From assembly GCF_004010195.1 (NCBI RefSeq), contig NC_057711.1, positions 80,725,310-80,745,309 on the forward strand: a DNA stretch of 20,000 nt, read 5' to 3'. A program made the position numbers and the translations under genes. Each line of letters starts with the position of its first letter. The first letter of the stretch is position 1. Under the pieces are notes generated by a model that made no database searches, had not been told where the DNA came from, and was given only the letters and a program-made list of their open reading frames with translations. This document shows positions 1-10,295 of this stretch, piece after piece. This DNA is from Chiloscyllium plagiosum. Its lineage: Eukaryota.

Positions 1-339
1 TGAAATAAAACAGGACACAGTAAATGCTCAATCTGATGAGAACAAGGATATGAGAGACCCTCCCAGACTGATTCCTACTGCATGTTGCTGATTCAATGCA
101 AGTGTTTTTCTTTCCACCTCTGTCAATATGCTGAAGATTACTGGGAGGTGTGTAGCACATGGTAAAAACCTTGGTTCTATCCTAAAGATCCTGATTAGGT
201 GATTTCTTTTTTCCCCGACTACAGATATAAGCATTTCTTATTTCTTTGGGTTGCAGATTGACAACAGAATGAAGGATAAATTGCTTAAAGAGACAAGAAG
301 ATGAAAAGCAGAAGCCAAAATCTACCAAGGTAATTAAGG

Positions 340-560
340 ATTACTTCTTCTATCTCAATCTCATGAGGAATACTGTTTCAGATCTCTGAAGTACTCAACA
401 GAGAGCATATCAGAGATGGTCTGCTGCAGTGGACACAACATCAATAGGATACAGTTCTTGACACCAGAATTGTGAGTGAGGAACAGGAGTAGAATGTGAA
501 CGAGGAAGAGTAGGAAAACGAAAAAGAAAGAGGGAAGCTGGAAACCAATATAGCTCATTT
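340..560 (-). mobile_element. Possible highly degraded L2-type LINE RT relic
   Basis: Minus ORF 361..558 contains LLFLVHILLLFLTHNSGVK...EYFRDLKQ, loosely resembling the L2 RT segment PLLFLIYMLPL..II..HGV.FH.YADD...CL.DI; the plus strand is purine-rich. No intact motif remains. Confidence 0.3.
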
Positions 561-2364
561 CTGGTAATCTTTCTACGATTAGTTCATCCGACTAATGAAG
601 TCAATCACAATATGCATTTACCAATGGTTCCAGGTCAAATAGCTATAAATGTTTGTTAAGACGCTTTATTATTAATCATCACATTTACCTCTTGACCACA
701 ATGCTGAAAGAAAATCCAGCACAAATCCAGCATAAATCAAACTATCCAAGCGTCAACCAACGATCTTTAAGCATTGTTCTAAATTGCTGTCATCCATGTC
801 TTTGTAGTGGTCCAATACCTTTTCACCCAGAGAATGCAATATGATTAGTGGAAACCTAATAATATTCAATAGAAGAGACTGTGGATGGCCTTGTAGGATG
901 ACCTTGATCAGTTGAGCCTAGAAAGTCCAGAGGGACTGCACTACGTTGGTATTGGACTGGGTGCCTGGTAGAAATGGCACTGGCAGACGGACAGTATCAG
1001 TTGCTATATTTCAAGGTAGACAGTGGATTTACTTTCTGGAAGCCACTGCCATACCACAGAACAAATCTGGGAATGGAGATTGCTAGACGATTGTGAAAAC
1101 CTGCAAACATTTTTACGTGCTAGAAACCACAGATATGCTGGCAATTGCGATTTCCCCTGTCTGATTTTGGGCCTCATTAAATCTTGTGGTCATTGTGGTA
1201 TTTGTTTGAAAGTAACCCAAAGAGCTTGTGGAAGATTTTATTATTCTGCATAATTTGTGAGGAATTTTTTGGGCAAATTTAAAATGTTGAAAGTTTGTAA
1301 TTTAATAATAATCTAGTTTCAAAACTGTAGTTGACTAATACTACAACTCTTCAGCCATTTTCTTTTTGTTAGGACTTGCTATAATTTATCAACTATTTAT
1401 ATATGTGTGTTCATGGGCTCAGAAAATATTGCCTTAATGTGAACTCGAACAATGTATTCAAATTGCATACACTTTGAAATCATTCAACTTGTTCCAAAAA
1501 TATCAGGAAAAAGAAAATCTTTAAACTTGGAATTAGAATCTGAAAAGTTCATTGCATTTAACCATTTGTGCACAGAAATGGTTAAGGATTCCAAATATAA
1601 ATTGTCAAATAACGTAATGCTGGGAACTTCAAGTCAGTAACTCAATCAAATGTTCGAATCTTATCGTGAACAGTGAAAGAAAGCTCCAGTACAAATATTG
1701 ATTTAAAAGGTTTGATTAAAGAATATTTGGTGACTTGTTTATTCTGCTTAGAAATGCAGGATGTGTTGGCACAATTGAGCTACAGCCGTTCCATAGTTGG
1801 ATAGAAATTACAGATGCCTTCAGCAATTGTTCCTTATTCTTTATTGCAAAATATCTGTTATTCTTTCAAACATATCCTCATTAATCAATATTCTTACAGA
1901 GTCCTGGATGGAATCCAAGGGTAAATGCATGGGCATATGGATCAAACTGTTCCCAAAACTACACTCCATTATTATTGAGTCAATCACCGATCACATAAAG
2001 AATAATGACTTTGCGGATTGTACTGAAGAACTATCTGCGATCACAGTATTTTATTCCAGAGTATCGCTGATCAAATTTTAACAGTTACGCAACATGCACA
2101 CTGAAAAGATGACATCAAAAAGATAATAAAAAACAAGGGCAATTTGCAGCATTCATGCAAAGTGCCAGGTATTATAAAATTACAGGATTTATTTTGTTAG
2201 CAGCTTATTCAGTAATAAATTATTTTAATTTTATTACATATGATCTAGCGATGATAATGGTGAAAACATATGTATTTATTGTTAATGTCTCAGTAAGGTC
2301 AACCTAAAAACTAACCAGTTAAGTATAATACCTCTGTTGGATCTGTGTTTATTCTGAGTAAGCA

Positions 2365-2678
2365 TCATAGAACCCCTAGAGTGTGGAAGCCGGCCATTTG
2401 CCTATCAGGTCCACACCGACCCTCTGACAAGCATCCCACCCTGACACACCCCCTACTCTATGCCTGTAATCCTGCATTTCCCATGTCTAATCCACCTAGC
2501 CTACACACCTCTGAACACTATGGCCAATCCACCTAACCTGCACATCTTTGGACAGTGGACGAAAATCGATGCAGACACAGTGAGAATGTGCAGACTCCAC
2601 ACAGTCACCAAAGGGTGGAATAGAACCCAGGTCCCTCGTACTGTGAGGCAGCAGTACTAACCACTGAGCCACCGTGCT
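2365..2678 (-). mobile_element. HE1-like V-SINE (tRNA-derived)
   Basis: Reverse complement begins GCACGGTGGCTCAGTGGTTAGTACTGCTGCCTCACAG (A box TGGCTCAGTGG), then B box GGTTCTATTCC, V-domain GTGACTGTGTGGAGTCTGCACATTCTC and a CR1-like tail ending ...TTCTATGA. Homologous to the copies at 8809 and 9172. Confidence 0.9.
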
Positions 2679-4621
2679 GATCTTATGATTGCCATATGAA
2701 AAATATTAAGAAAAACATGTGAAAACTGACAAAAGTGGCCTGTGGCTGCACAGATGTGAGTGTGCTGACAAATCCTGCAATCCACTTTACTCGATAAGTT
2801 CCGTGAACAGGACTGGTGTAATGTATGTATCTTGTGATGATTGGCAACCACACAGATCACAAGATTCCAAATGTAAAAAGCCTGTGCAGTCATACAAGGC
2901 ATTGCTCTTCTACAAAACAAGAATTCTGACTCCAATATGGATTGTCTGGTTAGCACGGGCGCCAAAAGAATACTAATAGAAAACTCCAAAGGGATAACTC
3001 TGAATGAGAAAGTAAACCACTCATTTTGCAAGTTTGATGATTTAGATAAGGAACAAGCAGACATAAACATGAACTATACTTCCTTGTCTCACTCAAGTCT
3101 TGATCCAAATATGATCCACATGATTCTGTGTTTGCTAATGCCTGGTTCAAAAATAATGATGAATTCATATTTAAAATACTAAATGATTTACTGTGCGGGC
3201 GTTTATCTCAAAATGACAAAGAGAGTTGTAGTGATCACTATTCATTGCCTAATTGTTGCTAGTAATATCACTAGTAATAATAAAGGTACAGCTTTTTAAA
3301 ATTCTGAATTGCATCTTTCTACTTACAATGATGTTTTTCACCACTGTCTTATATTGTTTCAAATAACATTGATGAATTTTATGTTGACTTCGCTCAACTA
3401 AACAAAAGATTTTCAGGAAACTAATGCAGTACAGTCTAACTGCAATAATAATGTTTTAATGTTGAGAAATCATTCCAAGGTGCAGGCTTAATCACATAAA
3501 AGTAAGCTGCAATGGTGCTATAACTCTAACAAAACAAATGCACTGGTAATTAAGCTGCACTACCCCATTCGCCACACCAACATTGTAAATGCATTACTTA
3601 ATTCCCAAAACTGTCATTTTATTTCTCTTTATTACTGTTAACCAAAAGTGATTTTCAACAGGTTTATCCAATAAACTCAAAAATAACTTGTTTATTATAA
3701 ACAAACTTATGCTGAAAATAAGTGGCAAAACTGGTTATTAATTAAGCTACTATGCAAAGGTAAATTGTATCCCCTTAATCCCAAATGTGCATAATCATAC
3801 AAACCAATGTGACTTAGAAAGTTAATAGACTTAACAGTTGAGCTTTTAGAATTTAAGAGAAATTTGAAGATATATTGAGGTGCATTGTGAGGCAATCTGC
3901 AGTGCATAGGCCACATTTCTTCCAAATTTAATTAATCTATCCAGGATATCCAAATAGTTTCATACTCCAGTCAATCATAGTCCTCAAAAATGAATGTGTA
4001 TTCCCATCAATATGCTAAAATATGTTATGGAATAGTCTTGCTTGCAAACTGCCAATTCAATTCTTAAGCTATCTCAGGTATTTCAACATAATTATTGTTC
4101 AATGGTATTATTCTTGTTTATAAGAATTAACCTCCTTTTAAAGATTATTTAATACTTAAATTCTTGCTGCAATTTCTGGCCTGCCCTCATTGCATTCTTG
4201 GATTCATTGTCACTGATTTCTCTCATAAAAGATTGTGTATTCCTAACAACACAACATCTGTTTTTATAGAAGCAGAATACAGGAGCATTGGGCCAAGAAG
4301 AAATGGAATGTGGGATCACAGGTCTGGTTTAACATTTCCACTTCTAATGTGATGACAAACTTGAGTGCTTATGCAACTAAGTCATTTAAAGCCCATTTAA
4401 TGGGTGATGCCTGATAAATCAATGCACTATGGATACCTACTACAGGTGAAAGGTACATTGTACACAATCTTGAAATGAAAAAATAAGCCAGCAGAACAAG
4501 ACACCAATGTACATTTTTCTTAATGCTACATTTTCTGAAAGCGAATATGACATGCTAGTGTCCATTTGATCCCTTACCGCCCTTGTTTGCTATACAAGAA
4601 CACATGGACATTCTATAGATA

Positions 4622-4947
4622 AAGGTAGGCAATCCTTTATCCGAAACCCTCAGGGCCAGCTGGCTTTCCGATTTTGGAATTTTTCAGACAAAGGATTAAA
4701 TGACATTTTCATAGTAAAATAAAAAACAGTTACCGAACAGCAGTCTCACCTGTGATTACTAAGAGCACTGAGACAGAATTGACGCCCGCCAGTGCTGGGC
4801 CAAGCTGCTACATCACGACGTGGGTCAAGTTGCGTTAACTGTTAGCATGCCAAATAACCTTGTTAATGAGAAAACAAACTTCAGGAAAAGCTTTGGAGTT
4901 TGGAGCTTTTCGGATTTCGGAATTTCAGATAAAGGATTGTCTATCTG
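4622..4947. mobile_element. Tc1/mariner-superfamily (pogo/Tigger-like) MITE, 326 bp
   Basis: 25-bp TIRs: AAGGTAGGCAATCCTTTATCCGAAA (4622-4646) vs revcomp of 4923-4947 CAGATAGACAATCCTTTATCTGAAA (21/25 identical). TA on both sides (4620-4621, 4948-4949). Subterminal TTTCGGA-like repeats. Resembles Tigger4/MER46 ends. Confidence 0.85.
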
Positions 4948-4952
4948 TATTT

Positions 4953-5025
4953 TCCAAGCAGGTGGGTCTTGATCCCAGGCCTCCTGCTTCAGAGATAGGG
5001 AAACTGCCACTACATACATAAGCCA
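4953..5025 (-). mobile_element. Short tRNA-derived SINE, head only (copy A)
   Basis: Revcomp GGCTTATGTATGTAGTGGCAGTTTCCCTATCTCTGAAGCAGGAGGCCTGGGATCAAGACCCACCTGC aligns with the copies at 5044, 7639 and 12422; degenerate B box. Confidence 0.6.
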
Positions 5026-5043
5026 CTAGAATAACTTTTTTTT

Positions 5044-5160
5044 AACCTATTGACCAATCAACTTGTTCAGCGACATTATTACACACCTCTGGTACAGGTG
5101 GGACTTGAACCCAGGCCTTCTAGCAGAGGTAGAGATACAACCATTGCACTGGAAGAGTCC
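5044..5160 (-). mobile_element. Short (~120 bp) tRNA-derived SINE (copy B)
   Basis: Revcomp GGACTCTTCCAGTGCAATGGTTGTATCTCTACCTCTG...GGTTCAAGTCCCACCTGTACCAGAGGTGTGTAATAATGTCGCTGAACAAGTTGATT; B box GGTTCAAGTCC. Confidence 0.7.
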
Positions 5161-6986
5161 TAATGACCATTCTATGTTGTTTGTTTTTTTTAAAAACCTG
5201 CAAACCACCATTAAAACACTTGTGTAACCAATTGAATATTTACAAGCAAAGCCCATTATTAATAATGCAAATTTTCAAAAATGAAGGGGTTTAGAGAGAG
5301 CAGAAAGGGACTAACTCAAAATGGAGTTGGAGGGGCAGATAAAGCACCATCTTCCCTGTGGTGTCTGCCACTTTCTAAAGACATCAAGAGCAGTGATGGA
5401 CACTGCGTGCTCCCTCTTCAAAGACATGCAGAATGACCGTTGTATTAACAATCAGACAAACTGTGAATAGCTGCTCAAATAATGTGTTAAAGCACTGCTT
5501 TGAAAACAGCTTCAACACACTTACTTGGGAGGAAGGATATTTGACAATGATTCCTGCATGTTGACTGGCATTTCTTTTATTAGAGAGTTAATCTTGGAGA
5601 AGGTTGGTTGGTCTACATTATTTAAGAGACCTTGCTAGAGTCTAAGGTCTTTTCATCATAGCTGTTCCTAAACAGTCTGAGACTATACACATTTAACACA
5701 AGGTCAACATTCAGCACTCTTAATCTCTCAATTATCATGTAATCTTCGTATATCACTAGCTCAGTACACATTCAAGTTTTAACTTTTTAATCAACATCTC
5801 CCCTTAAATCATTGTCTTTATATAATAGTTCCATCTTCTCACAACTCCCCTAGGTTTCCCATTTTACAGGGATAATCACAATTGTAGCTTCCCCAAATCC
5901 CCTAATCCTATTCGAAGTTCCCTCTGAGCTGCTTGAAGGTGTGTTTGTGCCTGTACATTACAAATCATTGCTTAAATAATCAACAAATTCTTTCTCACTT
6001 GGTCATGTTCTCTTCCTGGATGCCTGAACCATCATAATATTGGCTAACTTCTCATGAATATTGATCCATTCCCATTTCCTCTTATGGTGCTATTACCCAT
6101 TCTGACCTCAGTTATTGAGTCTCCTCCATGACTGTGCCTTCTTGATCTTAGATTCACATGATACAATCTTACAGGAACCTGATTTATGGCAGAATTGAAT
6201 GAGAAGTTTGACACACCCTATTTTGATGTCAGAAACATCTTTTATGCAACTGCCAAGCAACAGAGTGTGTTTCTTGCTAGGCAATGCTGAGTTGCCAATT
6301 AAAGGGGCTTATAGCATGTTAAACACTTTATGAATGTTTCAACCCACTTCATTAATATTCAACTTTCTATCTTAGCAAACACACTGAGCTGGTTAGACAT
6401 CAAGAATTCTTGATATGGAAGCCAGGCCGAGCACCTGGCAAACTCATTTTGTTGCTGGCTTCAAGCAGTCTCCATGTTACTCAATACCAAACAGCATTTC
6501 CAACACAATCCATGGGCACCATCCTTCACGGTTATGAGAATCCAAAATTTGCTTGACCCATCACGACCATCATGGCACCTCTTCCATAAAGATGCAGTCT
6601 GATTATGAAACTAGAACTCACACTGCAGGGCACGCTGGCAACTGGCATGAATGACATTTTGTGCCAGGGACAAGCATCCAGCTCATGCATTGGATGAGAT
6701 TGCACCAACCAAAATGTAAAAACGATCAGTACTGCTGCACGCTTTTGTGCAGACCCACAAGCGCCCTGCTGCTCACTAAGGATTTGTTGCAAATCAGAAA
6801 TCCCACATTTGTTTTCAGTAGCTATTGACTTTAACCTCCAAAGAGTCTTATGTTGCTCTGGTCCTGTGAATACTGCACATGAGTGAATAAGGGGAGTTAA
6901 CAAATGTCCTCCAAACAAATGGAAGTCAAGATTTTACAATTTGATTTATTTTAATTCTTGTGATTATTAATTTTTAAATGGGTTAC

Positions 6987-7414
6987 CATAAGACCATAAG
7001 ACATAGGAGCGGAAGTAAGGCCATTCAGCCCATCGAGTCCACTCCGCGAAACAATTTCCTAGCGTCCACCCTCTCTAAGCCATGTATTATCTTGTAAGTT
7101 TCTATTGGATCTCCCTTTAATCTTCTAAACTCCAACGAATACAATCCCAGTATCCTTAGCCGTTCCTCATATGTTGGACCTGTCATTCCAGGGATCATCC
7201 GTGTGAATCTCCGCTGGACACGTTCCAGTGCCAGTATGTCCTTCCTGAGGTGTGGGGACCAAAACTGGACACAGTACTCCAAATGGGGCCTAACCAGAGC
7301 TTTATAAAGTCTCAGTAGCACATCAGTGCTTTTATATTCCAACCCTCTTGAGATAATTGACAACATTGCATTCGCTTTCTTAATCACGGACTCAACCTGC
7401 ATGTTTACCTGCAT
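6987..7414 (-). mobile_element. Young 5'-truncated CR1 LINE 3' end with an internal deletion
   Basis: Minus ORF 7025..7414 is CR1 ORF2 C-terminus (KKANAML..ISRGLEYKS..LYKALVRPHLEYCVQFWSPHLRKDILALERVQRRFTRMIPG..YEERL..LGLYSLE.RRL.GD). (TCTTATGG)n tail at ~6987-7003. Candidate 6-bp TSD GGTTAC at 6981-6986 and 7415-7420. Confidence 0.95.
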
Positions 7415-7638
7415 GGTTACTGCCGCCTTTATAACTATACAGATCAGGACAGAGCAAACTATGAAGTTTTGAGATGAAGTTGGAAGAGCTCAGATTTTGA
7501 CATACACCTGCATCTTTTGTAACCAAATGGAATGAGAATCAATAAACAGCAGCTCTTGTATCTTAAATTGCACATTGCCACATGCCGAAACAGACACTTT
7601 TGAAGTACATTTTTGAAGCGACTTTACAGCTAAGAAAG

Positions 7639-7736
7639 GGCACAATGGTAGCATCCCTACTTCTAAATGTACAAATCAGAGAGGTGCTTCAGAGGTGTGT
7701 AATAATATTGCTGAACACTTTAATTAGGAAATTTCT
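7639..7736 (+). mobile_element. Short tRNA-derived SINE (copy C, B-box region lost)
   Basis: GCACAATGGTAGCATCCCTACTTCT...TGCTTCAGAGGTGTGTAATAATATTGCTGAACACTTTAATTAGGAAATTTCT matches the head and body of copies B and D. Confidence 0.55.
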
Positions 7737-7749
7737 ATTTCTTAGAAAG

Positions 7750-8230
7750 GTCCTGAAGAAGAGATGCGACAAAGGGGAAAAGGTGGATTAAAAAGTGAGT
7801 TCATATGGGCATCTTATGAAAAGGAAGGAAGTGCTAAGGAAGAGAGGTATCAGGAGGCTGGCCTTTCAAGGTTTAGGATGTAAGTTAGATAAAGGCATCA
7901 CCATCAATGGTAAAGTAATGGATCTCGGGGAGGAGGCTCAGATCACCAGACAAAGAGGAATAAACAGTTCTTGGAGTGCAGCTGAGGGAAAGAGTCGGGG
8001 ATATGGTAGGGAGCCAATTGCATGCAGTGCTGGAGAAGTTTAAAACACTGGTTTGGAGCAATGGATTGAAACAAAAGAAGTGACAAGTTAAAGTTGAGGT
8101 ACTGGAAACTGACAGTCACAGTTTATCGGTTAACTAAGTATTGGGGTGGAATGTATGCAGCAGAGTTTTAGGCACTAGGTGTGAGGTCAGTCAAGGCATT
8201 TGATGGTTTTAACTGCAGTGACAGAAATGT
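7750..8230 (-). mobile_element. Degraded L2 LINE 3' region
   Basis: Purine-rich plus strand with an order of motifs typical of antisense L2 ORF2 C-terminus (AAGGCATCACCATCAATGGT...GATTGAAACAAAAG...GCAGCAGAGTTTTAG...CAAGGCATTTGATGGTTTT). Recalled similarity only. Confidence 0.5.
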
Positions 8231-8808
8231 TTCCAAGCTCCTTGAATTTATTGTTTGTGATGGGACGAGAGAGCAAATGTTTATTGAATATTTTTGAGGT
8301 TAATGGCTTAAGTATGGCATTTAATGGTATATGGAATGGTTGGTAACAAAAATAAAATGGTACTCTTTGTTCTCCAGGGTGGGTATTTTTGATAAAAATT
8401 AGATATATACTGGCACCTAGAAAATTTGTTTTGCACCAAAGTGGTCATACATAGCAAGATATCTAAATGCCTTACTTGCTGCACCAGGTTAACAGTAAGA
8501 TAATTGTACATTACATCATCTGACTAAAGGCTTTGTGTAAGCAAATATTTGGAACTCTTACAATGGTAAGAGTTTAGACTGGTGAACTTTAACATTTGTT
8601 CCCATGATAACTGGGCATGAGAACTATCACTTCCTTCCACTTAGTACGGACAATCCTTTAGGACAGAGAGAGCCTCTCCTAACCAGCGAGTACCACAAAA
8701 TGGCCTCAGTGTAGGAGCTGAAAATGGAATGATCTTACTTCTTCGCCTCATGAAACTTCGCCTAAAATCAAACTTTCAACAAAATACTAGTTCTGATCAA
8801 ACAACAAC

Positions 8809-9115
8809 GGTGGGTGGCACAGTGGTTAGCACTGCTGCCTCACAGCGCCAGAGACCCAGGCTCCCGACTCAGGTGACTGACTGTGTGGAGTTTGCACATT
8901 CTCCCCGTGTCTGCGTGGGTTTCCTCCGGGTGCTCCAGTTTCCTCCCACAGTCCAAAGATGTGCAGGTCAGGTGAATTGGCCATGCTAAATTGCCCGTAG
9001 TGTTAGGTAAAGGGGTAAATGTAGGGGAATGGGTGGGTTGCGCTTCGGCGGTCAGTGTGGACTGGTTGGGCCGAAGGGCCTGTTGCCACACTGTAAGTAA
9101 TCTAATCTAATCTAA
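8809..9115 (+). mobile_element. HE1-like V-SINE, young subfamily with (TCTAA)n tail
   Basis: TGGCACAGTGG A box, disrupted B box, V-domain GACTGTGTGGAGTTTGCACATTCTCCCCGTGTCTGCGTGGGTTTCCTCCGGGTGCTCC, tail GGGCCGAAGGGCCTGTT...CTGTAAGTAA(TCTAA)3. Imperfect TSD AACAAC/AACGAC. Confidence 0.95.
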
Positions 9116-9171
9116 ACGACATTCTAGAACTATAAATATATTTTGGAGTTGAACATCTCACAGGCCATTTT

Positions 9172-9676
9172 GGGGCAGCACAGTGGCTCAGTGGTTAGCA
9201 CTGCTGCCTCACAGTGCCAGAGACCCGGGCTTGATTCCAGCTTTGGGTGACTGTCTGTGTGGAGTTTACACATTCTCTGTGTCTGTGTGAGTTTTCTCCG
9301 GGTGCTCCGGTTTCCTCTTACAGTCCAAAGATGTGCATGTTAGATGAATTGAAATCAAGTAGGCGAAAGTGAGGACTGCAGATGTTGGAGATTAGAGTCG
9401 CGAGTGTGGTGCTGGAAAAGCACAGCAGGTGAGGCAGCATCCGAGGAGCAGGAGAGTTGACATTTTGGGCAAAAGCTCTTCATCAAGAATGTTAGGTGAA
9501 TTGGCCATGTTAAATTGCCCATAGTGCTAAGGAATGTGTAGGCCAGGTGCGTTAGTCAGGAGAAATGTAGAGCACTAGGGTAAGGGAATGGATTTGGGTG
9601 GGATACTCTTTGGAGGGTCAGTATTGGACTTATTGGGCCAAATGGCCTATTTCTACACTGGAGGGTTTCTACGATG
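9172..9676 (+). mobile_element. HE1-like V-SINE interrupted by a Penelope-terminus insertion
   Basis: GGGGCAGCACAGTGGCTCAGTGGTTAGCACTGCTGCCTCACAG head, V-domain, tail GGGCCAAATGGCCTATTTCTACACTG...TTCTACGA. Body is split at 9351/9489 by an insertion with a 15-bp duplication. Confidence 0.9.
9352..9491 (-). mobile_element. Solo Penelope-like terminal fragment with a decayed hammerhead motif
   Basis: Homologous to 13734-13831 (GCTGGAAAAGC.CA.CAGGT.AGGCAGCATC..). Revcomp carries TTGATGA-A-GAGC-TTTT-GCCC-AAAAT-GTC, a decayed CUGANGA/GAAAC/GUC. Flanked by ATGTTAGATGAATTG (9337-9351) and ATGTTAGGTGAATTG (9489-9503). Confidence 0.8.
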
Positions 9677-10099
9677 ACAGTTTCGCTGCATTTGTGCAAT
9701 ATGTACTTTGACATCTTTACCTTTAGTGGCTAAAGCAGCAATAAAGCACCCTTACTCCTACCAACAACTATCAACAAGTTGCTTGCAACAAATTCACAGA
9801 TATATTAGTGACCGGCCATTCCATTAGACATGACACAACTGCAGTTTTTGTATATCACAGTAGATTTTTAATAAGAGTTCAACACCAAGAATGGGAAAGT
9901 CATTCTTGTTTCACAATAGACTGGATACAATTGTGAGATAATTTTAGCACTGATAGACTATTAAAATGCATTTGTACAATAATGCATACTTTATCCCTCC
10001 AGATAAAATAATATAAATAATTGTCCACTGCTTCTTAAATGACCACTGACAATAGTCAAAGTCATCCAAGGAGACAAAGTGAAACTTCTCTCCCGTTTT

Positions 10100-10295
10100 A
10101 GATTTTCCAGTTTAGGAAAGACATGGCGAATTCATAAAAGAGATTCCCTGTACTAATATTAGAGTTAAAAGTCCTATGAGGAGACTTTAGAGAAACGAGG
10201 CCTTTCTTCATAAGAACAAAGATGGTTTTAAGGTTTTTGAAAATTTCTTGAATTTTGCTAAGATATATCAGGGTAAAATTATTTCCAATGTTTCA
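10100..10295 (+). mobile_element. Ancient CR1 ORF2 C-terminal relic
   Basis: TATGAGGAGACTTTAGAGAAACGAGGCCTTTCTTCATAAGAACAAAGATGG reads YEETLEKRGLSS*EQRW (cf. YEERLEKLGLFSLEQRR) and is followed by AAATTATTTCCA (KLFP). Confidence 0.5.

Noticed and set aside
1797..2081. 94-aa ORF
   Set aside because: Non-ATG start, no recognisable homology, no convincing splice context.
2657..3182. Overlapping ORFs on both strands, including DCLVSTGA (like retroviral protease DTGA) and FSFRVIPL (like DIRS RT)
   Set aside because: The catalytic Asp is absent, no other motifs follow in order, and there are no LTRs; consistent with chance.
6190..6940. Possible degraded MITE-like repeat and 128-aa minus ORF
   Set aside because: I could not find TIRs or a TSD, and the protein resembles nothing I recognise.
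8729..9091. ORFs overlapping the HE1 SINE (also 2345-2660)
   Set aside because: Spurious translations of SINE sequence.
9172..9250. tRNA gene candidates at A/B-box heads
   Set aside because: They continue into SINE bodies, with no intact cloverleaf or terminator.
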